DNA of 36,318 nt, taken from positions 1-36,318 of the forward strand of contig LJUI01000030.1 in the NCBI GenBank assembly GCA_001303705.1, written 5' to 3'. The stretch is from a candidate division TA06 bacterium SM23_40 (GTDB taxonomy: Bacteria > LJUI01 > SM1-40). Made by a program: the position numbers and the translations under genes. The notes beneath the pieces are model-generated. The model did no database searches. It was not told where the DNA came from and was given only the letters and a program-made list of their open reading frames with translations. Positions 27,284-35,251 of this stretch are shown here, piece after piece (within the stretch, counting starts at the first letter, position 1; every line of letters begins with the position of its first letter).

Positions 27284-27772
27284 ATGATCGATCTACACGT
27301 GGAAGAGCGGTTCATGCGGCAGGCGCTGACCGAGGCGGCGGAGAGCCTGCATGACGGCGAGGTGCCGGTCGGCGCGGTGATCACCCGGGGGGATCGCATC
27401 ATCGGGCGGGGGAGAAACCGTCGCGAGGGGCTGCGTGATCCCACCGCCCATGCTGAGATCCTCGCGATCGGAGCCGCGGCATCGAGCCTGGAGGCGTGGC
27501 GCCTCTCCGGGTGCACTATCTATGTGACTCTCGAGCCCTGCCCTATGTGCGCTGGCGCCATCGTGTTGGCGCGTATCGACCGATTGGTCATTGGCGCGGA
27601 CGATCCGAAGGGCGGCGCCTGTGGCTCGCTCCTCAACATCGTCGAGGACGAGAGACTGAATCACCGCGTCTCGGTGACGCGCGGCGTCCTTGCCGACGAT
27701 AGCAGCGCGCTCCTGCGACAATTCTTCGAGCAGTTGCGCGACCGCGGCGAGGGCGCACATACAGTAGCCTAG
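27284..27772 (+). CDS. tadA: tRNA adenosine(34) deaminase
   Basis: FMRQAL, GEVPVGAVI, DPTAHAE, WRL, YVTLEPCPMCAGA, DPKGGACGS, LNHRV, L..FF..LR. Confidence 0.96.
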   Translation: MIDLHVEERFMRQALTEAAESLHDGEVPVGAVITRGDRIIGRGRNRREGLRDPTAHAEILAIGAAASSLEAWRLSGCTIYVTLEPCPMCAGAIVLARIDRLVIGADDPKGGACGSLLNIVEDERLNHRVSVTRGVLADDSSALLRQFFEQLRDRGEGAHTVA

Positions 27773-27787
27773 AGCCGCACCAAGAAC

Positions 27788-27877
27788 GGAGAGATGGCCG
27801 AGTCTGGTTGAAGGCGCACGACTCGAAATCGTGTATCCCTTCGGGGATCGGGGGTTCGAATCCCTCTCTCTCCGCCA
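27788..27877 (+). tRNA. tRNA-Ser(CGA)
   Basis: Acceptor stem GGAGAGA/TCTCTCC, anticodon stem CACGA/TCGTG with loop CT-CGA-AA, long variable arm, GGTTCGAATCC, G discriminator plus CCA. Confidence 0.97.
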
Positions 27878-27995
27878 GTCTACGATTCTTTGTCGGATTC
27901 GGAGTCACGAGCCTGCACAGAGTGTCCGCGTCGACCTGTGCGAGACGGTGCGACTGGGAAACGGCAGAAGAAATCAGACATTCCGCGGCTGAAAC

Positions 27996-28408
27996 GTGAA
28001 AACGAACAGACCAGAGCCTCCCGCATACCTCTTCGTATGCCTACTCCTCGGGGTAGGACTACACTTCGTCGTGCCGATAGTGCAGCTGGTCCGGTTTCCC
28101 TACAGGTTGGGCGGAATCCTGCTTCTCTATTCAAGAAGGCGGAGACGACGGTCAAGCCGTTCGAGGAATCATCTGCCTTGATCGTAGAAGGGCCGTTCGG
28201 CGCGAGCCGTCATCCCATGTACCTGGGTATGGCCCTGGCACTTCTCGGGGTGGGACTCCTCCTCGGGTCGCTCGTCGCCCTGCTCGTTCCGTTCGCGTTC
28301 ATCGCCGCGATGGAGATCGCCTTCATCAAACATGAAGAAAGAGCTCTGGAGACGACCTTCGGGGAGGAATACAATCGGTACAGGCGGCAGGTGAGGCGCT
28401 GGTTGTAG
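27996..28408 (+). pseudogene. ICMT/PEMT-family membrane methyltransferase, frameshifted near 28127
   Basis: The N-terminus (PPAYLFVCLLLGVGLHFVVP...GGILLL) lies in one frame. The C-terminus (FKKAETTVKPF..SALIVEGPF..SRHPMYLG...EERALE..FGEEY..YRRQVRRWL) lies in the -1 frame. Confidence 0.82.
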
Positions 28409-28433
28409 GCTATTGAAATCGTCTGGAAGCGAC

Positions 28434-28931
28434 ATGACCGGCATGCGAAAGAAGCGATCGCGACTCAAGCAGTATCAGGTGCCAGTTCTGGCAGGAGCGC
28501 TTCTGTTGATCGTGGTGTTGTGCATCCGTTGCGGAGGCACAGACGCGGCGGAGCGATCCTGGCTCGATGACATCGAGGAGGGGGAGAGAGATCTCGTCCA
28601 CTGCGAGCGGTATCGCGTGCGGTGGAGTGCCGCGGCCGATACCGCTGCTGCCCGGGAGGCAGCGGGCCCAGTGCGGCGGGCTGTTGCCGAGCATCCCCGG
28701 CTGCTCAATCAGCTGGCGAGCGAGTGCTATCCAGATGGAGAGGGGGATATCCCGAGCCTCGAGTTCCGTTACCAGACGACCGGGCAGAACAGGGAGGACG
28801 GTCTGTTCGTCGTCAAGTACTTCGCCCGCATCGAGCACCCGCACATTGTCGCAGGGTATTCGTGTATCTTCGTCGTCGACGAGAAGAGCAAGGTCCAGGC
28901 GCTCTATATCGAGGCGCTGCCTCTCGAATAG
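28434..28931 (+). CDS. Hypothetical exported or membrane-anchored protein
   Basis: Basic N-terminus plus a hydrophobic stretch followed by C.GG. Start uncertain (28413, 28434 or 28443). Confidence 0.6.
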   Translation: MTGMRKKRSRLKQYQVPVLAGALLLIVVLCIRCGGTDAAERSWLDDIEEGERDLVHCERYRVRWSAAADTAAAREAAGPVRRAVAEHPRLLNQLASECYPDGEGDIPSLEFRYQTTGQNREDGLFVVKYFARIEHPHIVAGYSCIFVVDEKSKVQALYIEALPLE

Positions 28932-29188
28932 AAGAGAGGTCCGGCATTGTGAGGCGTGCCCTGTGATGCGAGGGAGACCAGCCTGAGCAGTGGTTATGCG
29001 TGAGCTGGAGGCCGGCGCGCCAATGAGACGCCACCCTACGAACGGGAAACGAGCGTGTGACTGAGGCGCGGACGAGGGGGTGGAATGCCGGCAATCGAGC
29101 GAAAGGTGAGGCCGGGAGCGAGACGCCAGCACGCGCCTGAGATGCGGACGCGCGGGCGGCACGCGAGCACTCGACGAAGGAGATCGCA

Positions 29189-29683
29189 GTGGGCATCATA
29201 AAGGGCCGGGTGATTAAACTCGGCGACAATATAGATACCGACGTCATCTATCCCGGCAAGTATCTCCCGATAATCGAGGCATCGGAGATGGCTGCCCATG
29301 CCCTCGAGGGCATCGATCCGTCGTTCCCGGAACGGATCGGACGTGGTGACATCATCGTAGCGGGATCGAACTTCGGATGCGGAAGTTCACGTGAACAGGC
29401 AGCGACCTGTCTCGCGGCTGCCGGCATCGGAGCGGTGGTCGCTAAGTCATTCTCTCGCATCTTCTACCGCAACGCGATCAACCAGGGGCTGCCACCGATA
29501 GAGTGCGCGCAGGCCGCAGACATGATAGAGGAAGGGGAGGAGGTCGAGGTCGATCTCGCCGGGGGGCAGCTGCGTTACAGCGGAGGCAGTCTATCGTTCG
29601 CTGCCCTGCCCGAATTCGTCATGGAGATTCTCAATGACGGGGGGCTCATCGCTCATACCAAGAAGGTTATGGGCAAGGCCTGA
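29189..29683 (+). CDS. leuD: 3-isopropylmalate dehydratase / homoaconitase small subunit (short LeuD/HacB type)
   Basis: GDNIDTDVIYPGKYL, AGSNFGCGSSREQA, AKSFSRIFYRNAINQGLP, IL..GGLI; 164 aa. Substrate specificity uncertain. Confidence 0.9.
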   Translation: MGIIKGRVIKLGDNIDTDVIYPGKYLPIIEASEMAAHALEGIDPSFPERIGRGDIIVAGSNFGCGSSREQAATCLAAAGIGAVVAKSFSRIFYRNAINQGLPPIECAQAADMIEEGEEVEVDLAGGQLRYSGGSLSFAALPEFVMEILNDGGLIAHTKKVMGKA

Positions 29684-29826
29684 AGGTTGATCCGAGAGAG
29701 GGTACGCGACAGCAGGGGACGGATGACACGGACATGAACGAGCTTTGGTTCATTTTCGATACGCCAGAAAGCTCGTGGGCAAGGCCTGAAAGTTGTCATG
29801 ACAGAGGATACGTGACAGAAAGGGAG
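29670..29826. repeat. Diverged direct repeat (about 50 bp, 106-bp offset) of the leuD 3' end and downstream RBS region
   Basis: Copies start at 29670 and 29776 with identical TGGGCAAGGCCTGAA. Ungapped hand alignment gives about 40/51 matches. Confidence 0.8.
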
Positions 29827-29833
29827 ACCAGAC

Positions 29834-30889
29834 GTGGCGAAGTACAGAATTGCGTGGATGCCCGGCGATGGTATCGGGCATGATGTGCTCGAGGCCGCGA
29901 AGATCGTACTCGATGCGATCGAACTCGATGCGGAGTATGTTCCCGCCGAAGTGGGATGGACCTGCTGGGAGAAGTACAGGGACGCGCTGCCGCCGGGGAC
30001 GATCGAGATCCTGAAGGAGTGTGACTGCGGATTGTTCGGGGCGATCACCTCCAGGCCGAATGTACCGGGGTACCGCAGCCCGATCGTGCGCATGCGTATC
30101 CTCTTTGATCTGTACGTCAACCTCAGGCCCTGCAAGGCTTTTCCTGGCAACCCTCTCAATTATCGCGATGACATCGATCTGGTCATCTTTCGTGAGAACA
30201 CTGAGGGCCTGTACTCCGGCATCGAGTACCGCCCGATCCCGGATGAGATCATGAAGCTCCCGGGAATGCGTCAGGTTGATCCCAATGAGGCCGCGATCTC
30301 CATCCGGCTGTTCACGAAGAAGGGGTGTCGGCGTATCGTGAAGGCGGCGTTCGAGTATGCGAAGAAACACGGGAGGAAGAAGGTAACAGCGGTCCACAAG
30401 GCGAACGTGGTGCGCGAAACCTGCGGGATGTTTCTCGAAGAGGCTCGGGAGGTGGCCGCGGAGTATCCGGACATCGCTTTTGAGGAACAGAATGTCGATG
30501 CCGTTGCCATGTGGCTCATCAAGAATCCACAGGACTACGATATACTTGTGACGACGAATCTCTTCGGCGACATCATATCGGATGAGGCTGCCCAGTTGAT
30601 CGGGAGCCTCGGGTTCGGTTCGAGCGGGAACATCGGTGACGATTTCGCAGTCTTCGAGCCCACTCACGGGTCTGCCCCGAAGTATGCCGGGCAGTACAAG
30701 GTGAATCCGATGGCCACGCTGCTTGCGACCAGGTTGATGTTCGAGTGGCTCGGCGAGGAGGAGAAGGCGCGTCGACTGGAGGATGCGCTGAGCAGAGTCA
30801 TCCGCGAAGGGAAGGTCAAGACCTACGATATGGGCGGCAGCTCTACGACGCTCGAGGTGGCTGAGGAGGTGGCCCGGGTACTGGGTTGA
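29834..30889 (+). CDS. Isocitrate/isopropylmalate dehydrogenase family enzyme, homoisocitrate dehydrogenase-like
   Basis: PGDGIG, GAITS...GYRSPIVRMR, RENTEGLY, VHKANV, NLFGDIISD, FEPTHGSAP, NPMA. Confidence 0.9.
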   Translation: MAKYRIAWMPGDGIGHDVLEAAKIVLDAIELDAEYVPAEVGWTCWEKYRDALPPGTIEILKECDCGLFGAITSRPNVPGYRSPIVRMRILFDLYVNLRPCKAFPGNPLNYRDDIDLVIFRENTEGLYSGIEYRPIPDEIMKLPGMRQVDPNEAAISIRLFTKKGCRRIVKAAFEYAKKHGRKKVTAVHKANVVRETCGMFLEEAREVAAEYPDIAFEEQNVDAVAMWLIKNPQDYDILVTTNLFGDIISDEAAQLIGSLGFGSSGNIGDDFAVFEPTHGSAPKYAGQYKVNPMATLLATRLMFEWLGEEEKARRLEDALSRVIREGKVKTYDMGGSSTTLEVAEEVARVLG

Positions 30890-30960
30890 TCTCGCATTCC
30901 GAACATCACATGTCTTGAGAACCGGCCCCAGGGGTGAGCGGAGCGGTCGAGGGGGAGGGC

Positions 30961-31845
30961 ATGTCTGGCGGTCGGCCGCGCGTGCTGTCGTTCCTGGCGC
31001 TTGTCGTTGGTGTTTGCGGTCTCAGCTCTCCATCCCGGGGTGCATTCGTCTCGCTCGATAGTCAGGCTTCTGGAGCAGGGATGGGTGGGCCGTTCGCCGT
31101 CGGCGCTGGTGTGTCGACGAGCGGGGCCGGGATCGCGCAGCTCGCACGCGCGGAGCTGGCGTTCTTCTACAGCGAGCTCTTCGGCCTCGACGACCTCCGC
31201 CTCGTTGCGATCACGTACGGTGGGCCGGGCCCTGTCGGAAAGATGGGGGCCGGTTTTCGTTCCTTCGGGGGATCGACCTACCGCGAAGATGTTCTCTGGC
31301 TCGGGTCAGGGTGGATGGTCGGAGAGCGGGTCGCGCTCGGCGGTGCGGTCAAGCTGATGTATCTCGTGATCGCGGGGTACGGCGAAGAGATGATTGGGGG
31401 CGCCGACGTCGGCATCCAGACCTGGCCGGCCGGAGAGGAGTCGTTCGCGCTCGGCATGTGGATCGAGAACGTGGATGGGCCGAGCATCAGAAGCGCCGGG
31501 GAACGGCTTCCTGCGGCCGCCCACGTAGGCTTCCACTGGCGTCCGACTGGACAATTGTTGGTTGCGGGAGAGATCTTCCAGGAACGGGGCTTCGATCCGC
31601 AGTATCGGGTGGGGCAGGAGATCTCGATCTCTCCTCTGGTGACGCTTCGCGCCGGGATCAGAACGGATCCCGCCTCGTTCTCTGCCGGACTGAGCGTCGG
31701 CAATGAACAAGTTGTCTTCGACTACGCGTGGCGCTCTCATCCCGTTCTCGGGGCGACTCAGATGGCCGGCGTGAGGATATTCTTCGGGATGAAAGATCGA
31801 GACGAGACCGGGGCCGGGGATCGATCTCCGGGTGAGGAAGAATAA
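30961..31845 (+). CDS. Outer-membrane beta-barrel protein (PorV/FadL-like)
   Basis: Signal peptide, GAGMGG hatch-like motif, alternating beta strands, LRAG, FDYAWRSHPVLGATQ. Confidence 0.7.
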   Translation: MSGGRPRVLSFLALVVGVCGLSSPSRGAFVSLDSQASGAGMGGPFAVGAGVSTSGAGIAQLARAELAFFYSELFGLDDLRLVAITYGGPGPVGKMGAGFRSFGGSTYREDVLWLGSGWMVGERVALGGAVKLMYLVIAGYGEEMIGGADVGIQTWPAGEESFALGMWIENVDGPSIRSAGERLPAAAHVGFHWRPTGQLLVAGEIFQERGFDPQYRVGQEISISPLVTLRAGIRTDPASFSAGLSVGNEQVVFDYAWRSHPVLGATQMAGVRIFFGMKDRDETGAGDRSPGEEE

Positions 31846-32069
31846 ACGGCCGAGAAGAGCGAACCTTCGAGGAGATTGGAGCGTCGAGAAGGGTGGATTG
31901 GCCGAGGAGAGTGAGTGGTCGAGCAGGGCGGCCGATCGTGAGGAAGGGTCAAGAAGTGTAAATGGTCGGCGAGAGCGTGCGGCGAAGAAGAATGAACCGC
32001 GACGTCAAATGGATGCCCAGGAAGATTGAATCATCGAGAAGAATGAACGGCCGCGAAGAGTGGATGATC
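31835..32069. repeat. Degenerate tandem array of about 14 purine-rich 17-bp units (consensus approx. GAGAAGARTGRAYGGYC)
   Basis: Examples: aggaagaataaacggcc (31835), gaggagagtgagtggtc (31904), aagaagtgtaaatggtc (31951), aggaagattgaatcatc (32019), gagaagaatgaacggcc (32036), gcgaagagtggatgatc (32053). Confidence 0.7.
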
Positions 32070-32095
32070 AACACGAACGAGGGCGGAGGGAGTCA

Positions 32096-34099
32096 GTGAC
32101 CCGGGTGCGCGTTCCTTTCCTCATCATCATTTTCGTCATCGTTCCCCACCTCCTGTCGGCCCAGGATGGCCTGACGGACCTCGAGGAACTCCTCATCGAC
32201 CCCGCTCTCGAGGAGGAGGGGGAATCACTTCTTCTTGAACTCCTTGACGAACTGGCACGCCATCCGATCGAGCTCAACAGGGCCACCTGGGAGGAACTCG
32301 CCGCGCTACCCTGGGTGACGCCGGAACTGGCGAAAGCGATCGTCTCCTACCGCAAGGAGTACGGGTACTTCTCGCGTACGAGCGAGTTGCGCGGCGCTCC
32401 GGGCGTGGATGAGGAACTCTTCCGCAGAATCGCTCCCTTTGTCTGCGCGGAGCCGTGGCTGAAGGAAGTGCCCCGCAGGCCCTTCGAGGTGAGGATGCGG
32501 ACGCGCATTCGAGATCGCCATCCCCATCGCGAGGGGTATCTCGAGCGTACGTTCAGCCCCACTCGCTACTCGGTGTACAACCGTCTCTCGGCGAAGGTAG
32601 GGGAGAGAGTGTCACTCAGCCTGCTGGCGGAGCGCGATCCTGGCGAACCCGGCCTGACAGATCACATGAGTGGTGCTGTGTCGATACGCGGCGGGGAGCG
32701 GAGCGGTATCGTGGGGGCGCTCGATCGGGTCGTCGTCGGGGACTACCAGCTACAATTCGGGCAGGGACTTGTCTTTGGCCCGCGCTACGCCGTGCTCAAG
32801 GGGCGCGAACTCGTCTCTTCGCTGCGCAGACAGGAACAAGGGATCATCTACTATGCGTCTGCCGATGAGACCCGGCTCTTACGCGGGGTCGTCACCAGCC
32901 TCGGGCACCGCAACCGCGCGGTGGCGTTCGTCTCGCTGGCCCATCGCGACGCCACACTCTCCGAGGAGGGGACGTCGGTCCAGAGCGTATACGCGACAGG
33001 ACTCCACCGGACAGAGACGGAACGGGCGAAGAAAGACAAGCTCGAGGAGCAACTGATGGGTGCGCGGCTGCGCTGGCAGCTCGGGGAGAAGCTGGCGATC
33101 GGAGCCACGGGGTACCATGCCACGTACGCTCCGGAACTCGACCCACCGCTCGAGGGAGGAAGGTACTACTCACTCCGTGGCCGGACTAATCAGGTTCTCG
33201 GTGCTGACGCGCTGCTCCACCTGGGCGAGCTCGGGCTCTTCGGTGAGCACGCGTGGTGTAGAGGGGGCGGGCGAGCCTGGCTTGCCGGGGCCAGCTATCT
33301 CCTCGGGAATACGGAGACGATCACCATCATCCGTGACTACGATTGGGATTTCTATAACGACTATGGATTCGCGCTCTCCGATGTGAGCGGTGAAGTGCGC
33401 AACGAACGCGGCGCGCTCTTCGGGCTGAGACATCGGGTGGGAGGGAGCAGAGTCTGGTTTCATTATGACATCTTTGAACATCCGTGGCGCCGTTACCTGG
33501 AGGAGATGCCGACGCGGGGACAGGAGTACTGGCTTGAGGTCGAACAGCGACTGGGTACGGAGTTGGCCTTCACTCTCAGGAGGCGCAGCCGATCGAGAGA
33601 GGCGCGTCAGGAGGTCGCGTCTGACATCGCTTCCGGAACGCTCGATCTCCTCACTGATCGCGAGACGACCAGGCTGGAACTGACATGGCGGTCGGGCGAG
33701 ACGATGAGGTCGCGGCTGCGCGGCGAGTGGGTGGAGACGGCCATACAGGAGCTGGGACGTTCTGAGGACGGGAGGTTGATCTTCTGGGGGTCGACTGTAC
33801 GGCCGTACGACGAACTGCGACTGGAGACGCGATGGATCTGGTTTGCCACGGACTCGTATGACTCGAGGATCTATGAGTTCGAGAACGATCTGCCCGGGGT
33901 CATGCGGAACATGCCTCTGTGGGGCCGGGGGAGCCGCTGGTACGTTCTGATCGGGCACCGCTTTCTCCGCAGGCTCGATGTGACGGTCAAGTACGCTCAG
34001 ACGGAGAGGGAGGGCGAGCTCTCCCGCGGCTCTGGAGTCGAGGAGAGGAGGGGGAGATCCGAATATGAGTACGGCCTGGCGTTGGATCTGGTCTGGTAG
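32096..34099 (+). CDS. Helix-hairpin-helix (ComEA-like) domain fused to a predicted outer-membrane beta-barrel
   Basis: GTG 32096 follows GGAGGGAG. Signal peptide, PIELNRAT.EELAALP.V...AKAIVSYR..YGYF....EL..APGV, ERDPGE, VGDYQLQFGQGL, SYDSRIYEFENDL, terminal aromatic residue (LDLVW). Confidence 0.85.
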   Translation: MTRVRVPFLIIIFVIVPHLLSAQDGLTDLEELLIDPALEEEGESLLLELLDELARHPIELNRATWEELAALPWVTPELAKAIVSYRKEYGYFSRTSELRGAPGVDEELFRRIAPFVCAEPWLKEVPRRPFEVRMRTRIRDRHPHREGYLERTFSPTRYSVYNRLSAKVGERVSLSLLAERDPGEPGLTDHMSGAVSIRGGERSGIVGALDRVVVGDYQLQFGQGLVFGPRYAVLKGRELVSSLRRQEQGIIYYASADETRLLRGVVTSLGHRNRAVAFVSLAHRDATLSEEGTSVQSVYATGLHRTETERAKKDKLEEQLMGARLRWQLGEKLAIGATGYHATYAPELDPPLEGGRYYSLRGRTNQVLGADALLHLGELGLFGEHAWCRGGGRAWLAGASYLLGNTETITIIRDYDWDFYNDYGFALSDVSGEVRNERGALFGLRHRVGGSRVWFHYDIFEHPWRRYLEEMPTRGQEYWLEVEQRLGTELAFTLRRRSRSREARQEVASDIASGTLDLLTDRETTRLELTWRSGETMRSRLRGEWVETAIQELGRSEDGRLIFWGSTVRPYDELRLETRWIWFATDSYDSRIYEFENDLPGVMRNMPLWGRGSRWYVLIGHRFLRRLDVTVKYAQTEREGELSRGSGVEERRGRSEYEYGLALDLVW

Positions 34100-35210
34100 T
34101 CTTCTATTCGTTCTTATCCTGCCGGCTCTGTCACAGGGAAGCCTTCTCGGATTCATGACTGACGGTGATCCAGTGATGAGCGTATCGGCCCGGGTCGCTG
34201 CCATGGGAGGTGCCTCGCTTGCCCTCGATGGCGCGGAGCTCGCCGCGTTCGCCAATCCTGCTCAGGCGGCATATGCTGAGGGGCCGGGGATATGGCTCGG
34301 TTTCGGGCGCCGGATGACGAGCGAGGAGATCGTCGGGCCGGAGACAGAGCCGGGCGAATTCGGTGCCCGTTCGACCAGCGAGGAACTGTTCGAGCCGCTT
34401 TCCGCCGGGATACAATGGGCGCCCGGCCGCCGCGTCGGCATCAGCCTGGGGACGACTCCCTGCTATGACTACCGCTATGAGAGCGAGATCGTGATCCGCG
34501 ATGCGATCCGTCCGGCTCGGGCGATCGGGGTCGAGCGGCTCGAGGGCAGGGGAGATCTGAGGCAGCACGTCGCGGCACTGGGCGTGCGGCCTGCGTGGTG
34601 GCTCTCCCTCGGGGTAGCCGGCGGGTTGGTGCGTGGCCAGCGGGACATGGAAACGGCAACTCACTACTACGACCCGGATTCGCAGAGCACGGCCAGCCAC
34701 GTGAGTGAGGACCTCGATTCAGAGCTGTACAGTGTGGGGCTCCAGGTGCGTGCGACTCAGTCATTGAGGATAGCTGCAGTCTATCGCAGCGGCCTCGATC
34801 TCGGGCCGATCTCGTATCCGGCCTCTCTTGGGCTCGGCGTGGCGTACGGGACGGGGAGAGGGCGGGGAGCCCTGTTCGCAGCAGATCTATTATACAGAGA
34901 TGACGGCGGGTCGTTTGAGCCCGGCCGAGCACTCGAGGCGGTCGAACTGAGGGTCGGGTCGGAGATACGGCTCCGGGGGGATGCGAGTGTGCGGTACGGG
35001 CTCGCTCTCATCCCATGGTATCGAGACGATACGATAGAGAAGGCGCTCATCTCGGCGGGGATAGGTCGGAGAGTATTCGGCCTGATGGTCGATGTCGCGG
35101 CCTCGGTCGGAACGAGAAACTACGTAGGTCAGACACCCTATCTGTCGGAGGAAGCCCGGGTCAACGAATCGACGACCAGGGTCGTCGTAACGGTCTCATA
35201 CGGGACTTAG
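34065..35210 (+). CDS. Outer-membrane beta-barrel protein (FadL/PorV-like)
   Basis: Signal peptide, SARVAAMGG...NPA hatch motif, amphipathic beta strands, ends VVVTVSYGT. Confidence 0.75.
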   Translation: MSTAWRWIWSGSLLFVLILPALSQGSLLGFMTDGDPVMSVSARVAAMGGASLALDGAELAAFANPAQAAYAEGPGIWLGFGRRMTSEEIVGPETEPGEFGARSTSEELFEPLSAGIQWAPGRRVGISLGTTPCYDYRYESEIVIRDAIRPARAIGVERLEGRGDLRQHVAALGVRPAWWLSLGVAGGLVRGQRDMETATHYYDPDSQSTASHVSEDLDSELYSVGLQVRATQSLRIAAVYRSGLDLGPISYPASLGLGVAYGTGRGRGALFAADLLYRDDGGSFEPGRALEAVELRVGSEIRLRGDASVRYGLALIPWYRDDTIEKALISAGIGRRVFGLMVDVAASVGTRNYVGQTPYLSEEARVNESTTRVVVTVSYGT

Positions 35211-35251
35211 GGTATGCGGATCCGGATAGAATCATCGCCGGCACAACAATG

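Noticed and set aside
27878-28931. Genomic island integrated at tRNA-Ser
   Set aside because: No integrase and no downstream duplicate of the tRNA 3' end.
29075-29095. T-box-like GGGTGGAATGCCG upstream of the leuD-like gene
   Set aside because: It lacks the UGGNACC core, a stem I and a terminator.
31835-32069. Possible CRISPR array
   Set aside because: Units are short, degenerate and contiguous, with no spacers and no cas genes.
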